Origin: Candidatus Parcubacteria bacterium
GTDB taxonomy: Bacteria; Patescibacteriota; Minisyncoccia; SURF-38
Assembly (NCBI GenBank): GCA_003599335.1
Contig: QZJN01000001.1
Coordinates: forward strand, 6,167-70,166
DNA: 64,000 nucleotides
Reading direction: 5' to 3'
Shown: piece by piece, positions 27,936 to 37,717 of the stretch
Layout of the letters: each line of letters begins with the position of its first letter
How positions within the stretch are numbered: the first letter of the stretch is position 1
The notes under the pieces: generated by a model
The model's database searches: none
The model's input: the letters and a program-made list of their open reading frames with translations, nothing else
Told to the model about the DNA's origin: nothing
Translations under genes and position numbers: made by a program

Positions 27936-29062
27936 GGGTTTTAGTTGTAAGTTCGGATATTGGTTTTTTTAATCCTCAAGGCGGTGGAGATGTTTTGGAT
28001 CGTCATATTGCCTATGCCAATGGTTGCGAAAAGTTGATTGTTTTGGTAAAGGCCCCAAAAAATAAATACTCATTTAAAATTATCGGAAATCTAATTATAA
28101 TTCCTTCGGGAGGTTCTGGATCATTGAGTATTTTTTTAAGCTTACTCAAAAAAGCTATTAAAGCGGTTCTGGATTACAAAATTGACGTTGTAAATACCCA
28201 GGACCCGATGATATATGGGATTGTCGGTTATTTTTTGAAATTACGTTTTGGCGTTCCTTTGATTGTAAATTGGCATGGAGATTTTTTAAACAATAATTAT
28301 TGGATAAATGAAAGGCTTATAAACAGGCCTTTATTGATTATTGGCAAATTTATTTCAAGAAGAGCTGATTGCGTCAGGGTTGTTAGTCCGGTTATAAAAG
28401 AAAAGCTTAAAACAATAGGAGTTGATGAGGAGAAGGTTTTTGTCATTCCTACGCCGGTTGATTTAGAAAAATTTAAGATCAAAAATAAAGAATCTAAAAA
28501 ATCAAATCCCAACGAGAAAAAGATAATTTTTGTAGGGAGATTGGTTAAATTAAAAAATATTGATTTTCTCTTGAGGGTTATAAAAAAATTAGCAAATGAT
28601 ATAGATAAAGTCCGTTTGGTTATTGTCGGAGACGGCCCGGAAACTAATAGTCTGAAAGAATATTCTAAAAAGTTAGATATACAAAAACTAATTTCGTTTG
28701 TAGGTTTGGTGCCTCATGGGGTTTTGATGGATTATTATTCAACGGCTTTGATTGCTGTTTTGCCTTCTTTGCATGAGAGTTTTGGTAAGGTGATTATAGA
28801 AGCCGCGATGGCTGGCGTGCCGACCTTGGCGTCCCGCACAACCGGCGCCGTTTCTATAATTAAAGACGAGAGGCTTTTATTTGATATTAACGACGAAGCT
28901 ACTTGCGTTTCAAAGTTAAAAACACTCTTGGAGAATGAAACTTTAAGAACAACATTGCTAAAAGATTTGATTAAAAACATAGAAGACAAATTTGGGTGGG
29001 ATAAAAGCGTTAATACAATTATTAATATGTGGCAAAGAGCCGTTATTAAAAATAGAAGGTAG
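27932..29062 (+). CDS. Glycosyltransferase, GT4 family.
   Basis: Motif region PSLHESFGKVIIEAAMAGVPTLASRTTGA. Confidence 0.8.
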   Translation: MRVLVVSSDIGFFNPQGGGDVLDRHIAYANGCEKLIVLVKAPKNKYSFKIIGNLIIIPSGGSGSLSIFLSLLKKAIKAVLDYKIDVVNTQDPMIYGIVGYFLKLRFGVPLIVNWHGDFLNNNYWINERLINRPLLIIGKFISRRADCVRVVSPVIKEKLKTIGVDEEKVFVIPTPVDLEKFKIKNKESKKSNPNEKKIIFVGRLVKLKNIDFLLRVIKKLANDIDKVRLVIVGDGPETNSLKEYSKKLDIQKLISFVGLVPHGVLMDYYSTALIAVLPSLHESFGKVIIEAAMAGVPTLASRTTGAVSIIKDERLLFDINDEATCVSKLKTLLENETLRTTLLKDLIKNIEDKFGWDKSVNTIINMWQRAVIKNRR

Positions 29063-29064
29063 AT

Positions 29065-30966
29065 ATGTGCGGGATTGCGGGACAATTTAGGTTTGATTCT
29101 TTACCTGATCGTTCCCTGGTTGAGAAGATGGCCAAGGCTTTAATTCATCGCGGTCCGGACAGCGACGGTTTTTATTTTTCTGATAGGGTTGGACTCGGCA
29201 TTAGGCGTTTAAAGATTATTGATTTAAAAACCGGAGATCAACCCATACACAACGAAGATAAAACAATTTGGGTTGTTTTTAACGGAGAGATATACAATTT
29301 CAAAGAATTAAGAGATTTACTGGAAAAAAGAGGGCATTCTTTTTACACAAGATCCGATACGGAAACCATTGTTCATTTATACGAGGAATATAAGGAAGAT
29401 TTTGTTTCTTATTTGAATGGTATGTTTGCGATAGCTTTATGGGATGATAAAAACAAGAAATTGATTCTTGCCAGAGATAGAGTTGGCGAAAAACCTTTGT
29501 ATTATTTCCACAATAAAAAAGAGATAATCTTTGCTTCTGAGATGAAAGCTCTTCTTGAAAATAAAACGGTCAGTCGTGATATTAATCCAGAAGCACTACA
29601 TTATTATCTTGTCCTTGGCAGAGTTCCGGCTCCATATGCAATTATAAACGGCATTCAGAAGCTGGAGCCTGCACATATAGTGGTTGTAAATAAAGAAGGG
29701 GTGGTCGGTATTAAAAAATACTGGGAACTTTCTTTTAAACCAAAAGCCAATTTTAGCGAAGAAGAAGCAAAGGCTAAGCTTAGAGAAAAACTTGAAGAAT
29801 CTGTCGTTTCTCGGATGGTGGCCGACGTGCCTTTAGGAGCTTTTCTTTCTGGCGGAGTTGATTCAAGCGCTGTGGTTGCAATGATGGCTCAAAATTCTTC
29901 TAAGCCTGTTGAAACTTTTTCCGTCGGTTTTGACGAAAAAGATTTTTCAGAACTTGCCTACGCTTCTATTGTCGCAAAAAGATTTTCAACCAATCATCAC
30001 GAGTTTATTATAAAGCCGGATGTTTTTAAGATTTTACCTAAATTAGTTTGGTATCTTGATGAGCCATTTGCCGATGCTTCAATAATTCCAACGTATTATG
30101 TTGCCCAAGCAACCCGTAGTCATGTTACAGCTGCCCTTACCGGAGACGGGGGAGACGAACTTTTCGCTGGGTATGAGTGGTATAAGGCTTTAAAACTTGC
30201 GCGTCTTTATGTTGCGATGCCAAAGATTTTGCGTGGTTTTTTATCCGCTTTAAGCAGTTTTATTCCAAACATCGATGAAAGGGAAAGTTCCATTCGATAC
30301 CTTCATAAGTTAAAGAGGTTTTTTGAAACTCAAGCCAAAACCAATAAATCGCCACTTGATATTTTTATGAGTATGACCGGCGGTTTTACAGAAGAAATTT
30401 TACATTCTTTTATTTACGACAAGAACTTCAGTAAATCTATAAAAAATATAAGCGCTAGGAATCTGCGTCAAGAAAAAATAGACGAATATGATGGGGATGA
30501 TCCTTTGGAGGCCTTATCGTTTGAACAGTTTTCTTCATTGCTGCCGGATATGTTTTTTACGAAAGTTGATAGATGCACAATGAGCGTTTCGCTTGAATCC
30601 AGGGCTCCGTTAGTTGATTACAAATTCGTTGAGTTTATTGCCAAACTGCCTTTTTCTTACAAGCTTCGTGGTTTTAAGACGAAATACATATTTAAAGAAG
30701 CCATGAGGGGCATTTTGCCCGAAGAGATTTTATTTAGGCCAAAAAAGGGTTTTGCAATTCCTTTACATAGATGGATAAAAGAAGATCCCTTAAAAAAAGA
30801 GATAACCAGAGTTCTTTTAGACGAGGGTTTTATCAAACTCGGTTATTTTAATAAAAGCGCGGTCTCAAATCTTGTTTTAGAGCATATGGATGGCAAAAAA
30901 AACAATTTTGAGAAGATTTGGAGACTTTATGTGTTCGCTTTATGGTATAAGCAATTTTGTATTTAA
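29065..30966 (+). CDS. asnB: Asparagine synthetase B-type glutamine amidotransferase (copy 2 of 2).
   Basis: Motifs MCGIAGQF, the GATase-2 domain and LSGGVDSSAVVA. A paralog of the gene at 21073. Confidence 0.85.
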   Translation: MCGIAGQFRFDSLPDRSLVEKMAKALIHRGPDSDGFYFSDRVGLGIRRLKIIDLKTGDQPIHNEDKTIWVVFNGEIYNFKELRDLLEKRGHSFYTRSDTETIVHLYEEYKEDFVSYLNGMFAIALWDDKNKKLILARDRVGEKPLYYFHNKKEIIFASEMKALLENKTVSRDINPEALHYYLVLGRVPAPYAIINGIQKLEPAHIVVVNKEGVVGIKKYWELSFKPKANFSEEEAKAKLREKLEESVVSRMVADVPLGAFLSGGVDSSAVVAMMAQNSSKPVETFSVGFDEKDFSELAYASIVAKRFSTNHHEFIIKPDVFKILPKLVWYLDEPFADASIIPTYYVAQATRSHVTAALTGDGGDELFAGYEWYKALKLARLYVAMPKILRGFLSALSSFIPNIDERESSIRYLHKLKRFFETQAKTNKSPLDIFMSMTGGFTEEILHSFIYDKNFSKSIKNISARNLRQEKIDEYDGDDPLEALSFEQFSSLLPDMFFTKVDRCTMSVSLESRAPLVDYKFVEFIAKLPFSYKLRGFKTKYIFKEAMRGILPEEILFRPKKGFAIPLHRWIKEDPLKKEITRVLLDEGFIKLGYFNKSAVSNLVLEHMDGKKNNFEKIWRLYVFALWYKQFCI

Positions 30967-30970
30967 AAAG

Positions 30971-32008
30971 ATGCGTTTGCTTATTCTTACACAGACGATT
31001 CATAAGGATGACAATTTGTTGGGTTTTTTTCACTCCTGGCTTGAGAGATTTTCAACAAAATTTTCTTCGCTTGTTGCCATTTGTTTATTTATGGGTAGGG
31101 TAGAGCTTCCAAATAATGTTAAAGTTCTTTCTTTAGGAAAAGAGCATCGTTCTTCAAAGTTGTCGCGCATACTCAAATTTTATAAATATATTTGGGAAGA
31201 AAGAAAAAATTACGACGCCGTTTTCGTTCATATGAACCAGATTTATGTTTTGCTGGGAGGTTTGCTTTGGAAAGTTTTGGGTAAAAGAATCTACTTATGG
31301 AGAAACCATACTGAGGGTAATATTTTGACAAATATCGCGGTTATTCTTTCGGATAAAGTTTTTTGTACATCACCTTTTTCCTACACCGCTCGTTTTAAGA
31401 AAACACAGATAATGCCTGCTGGGGTTGACACGGCTGTATTTAAAAAAGATTTTAAGGCAGATAAATTTAAAAATTCGGTGCTTTGTTTTGGAAGAATTAG
31501 TCCTGTAAAGAAGATTGAGGTTTTGATTGAAGCGGCAAAAGAACTTAAAGAAAGGGCAGTTTTATTTGAAGCTCATATTATTGGCGACACTCTTTTGAGA
31601 GATAAAAAATATCTTAAATTTTTGAAGGAGATGGTTAAGATTTACAAACTTTCAGAGAGGGTTTTCTTTAGGGATGGCGTGCCGTATTCAAAGGCAAATG
31701 CCTTATACAATGGATACAAGATATATGTTAATTTTACGGCCTCGGGCTCTCTTGATAAGACAATTTTGGAGGCTATGAGTTGTGAGATGCCGGTGCTTGT
31801 TTCTAATAAATCCTTTGAGGGGGTTATAGACGAGCGATGCATTTTTTCGGAAGGAGATAGTCATGATTTAGCTTTAAAACTAGAAAGACTTTTTGATTTA
31901 AACAAGGAAGAGGAAGAGCTGCTTGGGGAAAAACTCCGTGATTATGTTATTAAAAACCACAGTTTAGACGCTCTTATAGATCGTCTGACACCAATACTCA
32001 ATGGATAA
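30971..32008 (+). CDS. Glycosyltransferase (GT4/GT1-like).
   Basis: C-terminal KTILEAMSCEMPVLVSN motif region. Start moved to MRLLILTQ, after the asnB stop. Confidence 0.6.
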   Translation: MRLLILTQTIHKDDNLLGFFHSWLERFSTKFSSLVAICLFMGRVELPNNVKVLSLGKEHRSSKLSRILKFYKYIWEERKNYDAVFVHMNQIYVLLGGLLWKVLGKRIYLWRNHTEGNILTNIAVILSDKVFCTSPFSYTARFKKTQIMPAGVDTAVFKKDFKADKFKNSVLCFGRISPVKKIEVLIEAAKELKERAVLFEAHIIGDTLLRDKKYLKFLKEMVKIYKLSERVFFRDGVPYSKANALYNGYKIYVNFTASGSLDKTILEAMSCEMPVLVSNKSFEGVIDERCIFSEGDSHDLALKLERLFDLNKEEEELLGEKLRDYVIKNHSLDALIDRLTPILNG

Positions 32009-32921
32009 CAATTCAAGCTCATTTCATAATTTAAACGCTGATAAGGGTTTGAAAATATGGCAAAAGCCAATTTATCTTTTAGTTAATGTGATTAATAATT
32101 TGTTGCCAAATTTGAATGGCGATCCAAGGTTGAAGCCAATTTCGTTTAGGCCAAAGGTTTCAAAAGAAGATTGGTTCTCCATAGAAAAAACTGCGTCTAT
32201 GGCCCGAAAATGGTCTCATTTATTTTGGATGAGTTTGCCTTGGGACAAATTCTCTAAAAAAATAGGCAGTTTGAATATTCTTGATATCGGGTGTGGCCCG
32301 GGTGGTTATGGGCCACGCTTTCTTAAATGGGGAGGCAAAAACATATCTTCTTACCTTGGGGTTGATCCTTTGCCAAAAAGACAAGATAGATGGAATTTGC
32401 TTATGAAGCAAGATCCTCGCTTAAAATATAAAGTCGGTACGGCCGGAGATATAGAGAGCCTGCTTGAAGGTCAAATAAATATGGTTGTTTCTCAATCGGC
32501 CCTGGAACATATTGATTACGATATTTTGTTTTTCCGGCGCATAGCGGAATCTTTAAAGAAAAATCCAAAGCCGTTTTTGCAAATTCATCTTATCCCAGCT
32601 GCTTCAACTTTGGCTTTGTATCTTTTTCACGGCATTCGTCAGTATACGCCAAGCACAATATCAAAGATTACCAAATTGTTTCCAGATGCGGATGTGAAGC
32701 TTTATGGCCTTGGCGGTTGGTCAAGCTGGTTTTTACACTGGAAGGTTTTGACTTGGCCTTTGCTTATAAAGCGTAAGGAAAATCTTACAAACCGAGCAGA
32801 TTATCCCGGAAGATCGTGGTCGGCTTTTTCTGAAGATGTAAAGAAAAGTTCTGGGCCGGCATTATTTTATGCCTTGGTAATAGCTTCTGGTATTAATAAA
32901 AGTATTTTTAACCAAAAATAG
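32001..32921 (+). CDS. Class I SAM-dependent methyltransferase.
   Basis: Motif I ILDIGCGPGGYG. Downstream acidic motif II. Confidence 0.65.
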   Translation: MDNNSSSFHNLNADKGLKIWQKPIYLLVNVINNLLPNLNGDPRLKPISFRPKVSKEDWFSIEKTASMARKWSHLFWMSLPWDKFSKKIGSLNILDIGCGPGGYGPRFLKWGGKNISSYLGVDPLPKRQDRWNLLMKQDPRLKYKVGTAGDIESLLEGQINMVVSQSALEHIDYDILFFRRIAESLKKNPKPFLQIHLIPAASTLALYLFHGIRQYTPSTISKITKLFPDADVKLYGLGGWSSWFLHWKVLTWPLLIKRKENLTNRADYPGRSWSAFSEDVKKSSGPALFYALVIASGINKSIFNQK

Positions 32922-33849
32922 ATCTTTTGGCGGTTCTGAAGATTAACGAAGCCACGATACGCAGGAGTGTTGGGGCTTCTTTAAGATTGACAGTCTCTTT
33001 GCGATAAAATTCAAAGAAAAGTTTCAGGCAAAGAATGAAAAAAATAAACCATTGGTCAAGCGAGAGGGGATAACCGCTTCGGTATTTTTTAACGGTGTCA
33101 ATCTCTTGCTCGGAAAGTTTGGTGTACCTTTGCATATTTTGGAGAGTGATATTTGAAACGGTATCAAGATTTGTTTTGCCGGCTTTCTTGGTAAAAGATT
33201 CTTTATGAATTTTGTATGTTAGAAGCGGTTGGTGCAGATTTGTAATTTTTAATCCATCGGCAAGCATTCTGCTCCAGATATCATAATCTTCAGATCGTGG
33301 CAAAGATTCATTATAGCCGTATCTTTTTATGATTTCCGAGCGGCACATTGCCGTTGGATGAAATATTGGCGTTTCAAATAATGAAATAAATTTTGTTGCA
33401 ACCGGAGTTTTTGGTCTCCAGGAAATTTTAGAAACGTTTTTATCATCAAATACGGCAATTATTCTAGTGCCGACGCAGGAAATTAGGGGATTGTTATCCA
33501 AAAATTCTTTCTGAAGTTTTAGGCGTTCTGGCAGGCTTTCATCGTCTGCATCCATTCTGGCTATATAAAGCCCATTGCTTTCTTTAAGACCAATATTAAG
33601 AGTTTTTTGTAAACCAAGGTGTTGGTTTCTGATGAGTTTGATTCTTTTATCCTTAAATTGATTTATGACATCTACAGTATTGTCGGTTGAGCCATCGTCG
33701 ACAATAACAAACTCAAAATCTTTGTAGCTTTGATTGAGGATGCTCTTGATAGCATTTCCAACAAATTTAGCTCCGTTGTAGACGGGCATCATTACGCTTA
33801 TTTGAGGCGCGTTAGTTGGTTTTGAGGACACGTTTGAAGATTTCCTCAT
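32908..33849 (-). CDS. Glycosyltransferase family 2 (GT-A fold).
   Basis: ISVMMPVYNGAKFVGNAIKSILNQSY...FEFVIVDDGSTDNT (DxD/DDG) is typical of GT2. The start is uncertain (33906, 33849 or 33792). Confidence 0.75.
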   Translation of the reverse strand: MRKSSNVSSKPTNAPQISVMMPVYNGAKFVGNAIKSILNQSYKDFEFVIVDDGSTDNTVDVINQFKDKRIKLIRNQHLGLQKTLNIGLKESNGLYIARMDADDESLPERLKLQKEFLDNNPLISCVGTRIIAVFDDKNVSKISWRPKTPVATKFISLFETPIFHPTAMCRSEIIKRYGYNESLPRSEDYDIWSRMLADGLKITNLHQPLLTYKIHKESFTKKAGKTNLDTVSNITLQNMQRYTKLSEQEIDTVKKYRSGYPLSLDQWFIFFILCLKLFFEFYRKETVNLKEAPTLLRIVASLIFRTAKRSIFG

Positions 33850-34942
33850 GTTTATCAACCCATTGGATAGAGTCAAAGTTTGCGACAGCATGTTTTCTTG
33901 CGCCAATACTCCATTTTTGCAAATCTTTTGAGATTAACTCAACCGCATCGGCCACGGCTTCCGGTTTTGGATAATAAAGTTTTTCCCAAGATAAAGGCAC
34001 GTCTAATAAAATGCCGGCTGTTGGGGCGATCCATTCTGCGACGCCACCGCTTTTTGATCCTATAACTGGCAGACCCGAACTCATGGCTTCAAGTATCGCC
34101 GTTGGCGATGAATCCATATGTTTTAGATGGATAAAAATATGTGATGTTCTGTAAAGCTCTGGAGCTTCATGTTGAAGGAATTTTCCGCGTCTCAAAACTT
34201 TATTTTCTAGTCTCAATTCCGATATTTTTTTGGTTATGTCATTTTCTGCATCTTTCCACTCGGAAGGCCCTATTATTGCAAGGGTTGCTTCCAAACCCCG
34301 ATTTAAAAGGATTCTTAACGTTTCAAGAGGTATAAAAACTTTTTCTTTTGTCATGTGGGTGCCCATTATGAGCAGTTTGATTGGTTTTTGAGGTAAATTA
34401 TTTTCTGGCGGTCTGAAAAGTTTTGTATCTACACAGTTTGTTACTATGTCATAAGGACTTTTAGTTTGTATTACCCATTCATCCGCGCATTTTTTTGCAA
34501 AGCGGCTTTGGTATGCCACGAAATCTGCCTGGGCTAAAGGTTTCATTGTTTCGTTAATGCTTTGCCAAGTTTTTGGGGCCCATGCCGGATAACCAATTCC
34601 GTTTTGATTCCATACGATTTTTACACCGGCTTTTTTTGCTTCAGAAACCCAAATGTCAGGAAATCCAGGCAGGGTGCTTGACACTAAATATAAAATATTG
34701 AAGTTTCTTTGATATTCACCAAACCTTTTTCGCAGATGAGTTAGTTTTACCTTACCCCCTCTTATAAACGAACCCTCTTTTGGAAGTATGCCAGCAAAGC
34801 TGATGCGGGGGGTGTCTTTCTTGCCAGGGCAGTCTCGCATTATTAATTTCAAGTATAGATGCAAGCCGGCTCTTTTTAGTTTTTTCGGCATCAATACGCG
34901 TATAAATCTTGGAATTTTGTTTATTATCATTGATTTTGGCAT
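33812..34942 (-). CDS. Glycosyltransferase, GT4 family.
   Basis: Motif region SPTAILEAMSSGLPVIGSKSGGVAEWI. Confidence 0.75.
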   Translation of the reverse strand: MPKSMIINKIPRFIRVLMPKKLKRAGLHLYLKLIMRDCPGKKDTPRISFAGILPKEGSFIRGGKVKLTHLRKRFGEYQRNFNILYLVSSTLPGFPDIWVSEAKKAGVKIVWNQNGIGYPAWAPKTWQSINETMKPLAQADFVAYQSRFAKKCADEWVIQTKSPYDIVTNCVDTKLFRPPENNLPQKPIKLLIMGTHMTKEKVFIPLETLRILLNRGLEATLAIIGPSEWKDAENDITKKISELRLENKVLRRGKFLQHEAPELYRTSHIFIHLKHMDSSPTAILEAMSSGLPVIGSKSGGVAEWIAPTAGILLDVPLSWEKLYYPKPEAVADAVELISKDLQKWSIGARKHAVANFDSIQWVDKHEEIFKRVLKTN

Positions 34943-35877
34943 AAAATCTCTAAATATTTTTTTGCAGTCTCCGATAAGTTGGAAAGATTTATTTTGTTCC
35001 TATACGAGTCAATTTTTTTAGATATTTTTTCTACGGCTTCTAAAAGGCTTGGCCCGTCATTAAAGGCAACTCCGGCTTCTTTAACTATCTCGGGATGTCC
35101 GCCGGAAGAGCGGTATGCGGCAGGTAATCCGCAGGCCAAAGCTTCCAAGAGAGCATTGCTGCAAGGGTCGTCTTCGCTTGCAGCTATATAGATATCGTGT
35201 TGCTTTAGTATATTTGCAACTTCTTCGGATGGCACCGGCGGCAAGACTTTAGCCTGGCGGAAAGCGGCTTTTGTACGGCCGACAAATGTAAGCTCGTATC
35301 GGTTTTGGTTTAAATTTTTATCTAACCATTCAAGAATCGGTCCGCCCTTTTTTGGATTATCTGACCAAGCCGTGGCTATAAGCTTAATTTTTCTTTTGCC
35401 ATCGGGCGCGGTAATTCGTTCTTTTTGATTAAAAATTTCAGGATCAATGGTGTTTATAATTACTCTTGGATTTTTGAATTTGAGACCAATCTCCATATAC
35501 TTGTTTGCGCTAAAATTTGAAATAAAAATAGTTGCATCTGCAAATTCGCTGTTAATTTTTTGAGTTTGTTTATCTATTTTTATGTCTGTTCCTCTATAAA
35601 TCCCTATTGGACCGCCGAGTCTGTGAACTATATGTAGGTTTGGGAATACTTTCTTCCATCTTTTTGGCAGCGACTGGTCAAAATTAAAAGAGTTCATTAA
35701 AACAGCTTTGGTTTTCGAGCCTGGAGAGCTGCCGATAGAATAGCCTTGTTTTATTATTTCTTTTCTCAATGCTAAAAGAAATTGATTGCCACCCCCATAA
35801 GGCGGTTTGTGGAACTCGTATAAAAAGACAATATCTGGCCCTGATTTTAATTTTAGAAAATAATCAAAAAACGACAT
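34927..35877 (-). CDS. Glycosyltransferase (GT4-like).
   Basis: Motif region CSNALLEALACGLPAAYRSSGGHPEIV. Confidence 0.65.
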   Translation of the reverse strand: MSFFDYFLKLKSGPDIVFLYEFHKPPYGGGNQFLLALRKEIIKQGYSIGSSPGSKTKAVLMNSFNFDQSLPKRWKKVFPNLHIVHRLGGPIGIYRGTDIKIDKQTQKINSEFADATIFISNFSANKYMEIGLKFKNPRVIINTIDPEIFNQKERITAPDGKRKIKLIATAWSDNPKKGGPILEWLDKNLNQNRYELTFVGRTKAAFRQAKVLPPVPSEEVANILKQHDIYIAASEDDPCSNALLEALACGLPAAYRSSGGHPEIVKEAGVAFNDGPSLLEAVEKISKKIDSYRNKINLSNLSETAKKYLEILCQNQ

Positions 35878-36946
35878 GTTCGTTGAAAATTTTTCTCCAT
35901 AAATTGTCCAAGTTTTCGTGGGTGTATTTTTCTGCTATAAAGCGGCCTTCTGCGATTAAACTTATTTTTTCAGACTCGTTCATCTGCGATACTAAAATAA
36001 GATTTTCATTTAGGGTTGCTATATCTTCCGGATCTGACAAAAGAGCATTTTTGCCGTGGGTTGCCAGATCAAAGACTTGCCCCACACGTGTTGAAACCAG
36101 TGGTATGCCAGAAGCTAGGGATTCTAAAAAGGCCTTTGGCCCGCCTTCATCCCGAGAAGAAATTAAGTAAGCATCCAGGGCTTGGTAGAGCCTGCTAATA
36201 TCCTTGTATTTTGAAGGATAAGAATGTTTAAAGGGAATATTTATCTTTCTTAATCCGTTTTTAATATAACCCCTTGCTGGTCCCGATAAAAGCACAAATA
36301 GGTTCGGAATATATTTTTTTGCTTTGGATAGGGTTTCTAAAAAAACATCCGGCCCTTTGATCATTTTTGGCTCAAGGCCCTCGTTCCAACCTATGCCGTC
36401 TTTTTGAAATGATCCGACAACAAAAGAATCTTCTGGGATATCTAGTTCTTTTCGCGATTTTTGACGCATAAGCATGGTTGTAAGAGGAAACCACTCTATC
36501 CTAATTCCAATCGGTATCCGATAAATAATATTTTTTGAAGCTCCAGCGTTTAGAATCCATTGTTCTGTTAGAGAATTGGATACGCGCACGCGTAAAGATT
36601 CTCCGGGAAAATTTAGCAAAGCCTCCAGGGGTTTTTCAAAATTTTCCTGTAATCCCGAATAGCCATGGAAAAAATCAACAGACATTCTTTTGCTCATGGT
36701 TGTAAAAGCTGGGTAGGAAAACAAAAATTGCGATGTTATATGCACGCATTGTTTTGTTTTCCATGGTCTTGGTTCAACAACATAAGACCCAATACCAATT
36801 CTTTTTGCCGCGTCAGCTGTTTCCTTGGCGTCTATGTCAAGGCTCCAGCCAGAGCCTTCTGACATAACCATTAGCCTTGAGTAGGGTTTTTCGAGGCCGG
36901 CCCGCAAGTGAGAAATAATTGTTTTGGAGAGTTTAAAAATATTCAT
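35864..36946 (-). CDS. Glycosyltransferase, GT4 family.
   Basis: Motif region GGPKAFLESLASGIPLVSTRVGQVFDL. Confidence 0.7.
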   Translation of the reverse strand: MNIFKLSKTIISHLRAGLEKPYSRLMVMSEGSGWSLDIDAKETADAAKRIGIGSYVVEPRPWKTKQCVHITSQFLFSYPAFTTMSKRMSVDFFHGYSGLQENFEKPLEALLNFPGESLRVRVSNSLTEQWILNAGASKNIIYRIPIGIRIEWFPLTTMLMRQKSRKELDIPEDSFVVGSFQKDGIGWNEGLEPKMIKGPDVFLETLSKAKKYIPNLFVLLSGPARGYIKNGLRKINIPFKHSYPSKYKDISRLYQALDAYLISSRDEGGPKAFLESLASGIPLVSTRVGQVFDLATHGKNALLSDPEDIATLNENLILVSQMNESEKISLIAEGRFIAEKYTHENLDNLWRKIFNEHVVF

Positions 36947-37711
36947 TTATTTTGGGATGGCTTCACACCAAAATTCACCCCACCTAGATTCAACATATTT
37001 AATTTTAAGGCCCGCTTGGCTTAATTCGGCCTCAAGGGTTTCTGGCGTGTATTCAATGAAGTGAGTATTATCGAGCCTGGAATCAATACCAAGTTCGTCC
37101 ATTAGAGGTACAAGCCATTCTCTGTCGTATCTTGGTATTCGTAAGAGCCAGCGCTTGGGCCTTAGTTGCGCCTGGGCTTTTTTGAGAAAACCAACTCTAT
37201 CTTTAAAATGTTCAAGGACATTGGACATAACCGCGGTATCAAAGGTTTCGTTGGGGAGGCTTTTTAGGGCATCCCCAAGAATATAAGTTACCAAAGGATG
37301 TGAAAATTCTTTTTCCGCCTGTTTTAGATTTTTAGGAGAAAGTTCCATGCCAACAACCCTAGCCTTGCCATGTTTGGCCATATCATATGCTAAAGCGCCT
37401 ATGCCAGAACCGATATCTATTACTCGTTCTTCTGGTTTTAGTCTGGAATAAAAAAAACGATGATAATCCATCAGGCGATGTTTTGGATGAACCCCTTTGT
37501 TATAGCGGGTTGCCTGGAAGCTTATTTGTTCCTGTAAAAATTTATACATCATTGTTAAGAGATGTACTCCATCCTTTGGTTTTAGGCCCCAGGAGATTTC
37601 TTTCCAAAGAATCAATGATAGTTTTGCTATTCGTTCCGCAACCGGCAGTTTGATTACTCTTGAGGCTGCAGAGGCGGATTTTCTGATTAAAAATTGTATG
37701 ATTCTTTTCAT
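36947..37711 (-). CDS. Class I SAM-dependent methyltransferase.
   Basis: Motif I VIDIGSGIGALAYDMAKHG. Motif DTAVMSNVLEHF. Confidence 0.7.
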   Translation of the reverse strand: MKRIIQFLIRKSASAASRVIKLPVAERIAKLSLILWKEISWGLKPKDGVHLLTMMYKFLQEQISFQATRYNKGVHPKHRLMDYHRFFYSRLKPEERVIDIGSGIGALAYDMAKHGKARVVGMELSPKNLKQAEKEFSHPLVTYILGDALKSLPNETFDTAVMSNVLEHFKDRVGFLKKAQAQLRPKRWLLRIPRYDREWLVPLMDELGIDSRLDNTHFIEYTPETLEAELSQAGLKIKYVESRWGEFWCEAIPK

Positions 37712-37717
37712 TTTTGC

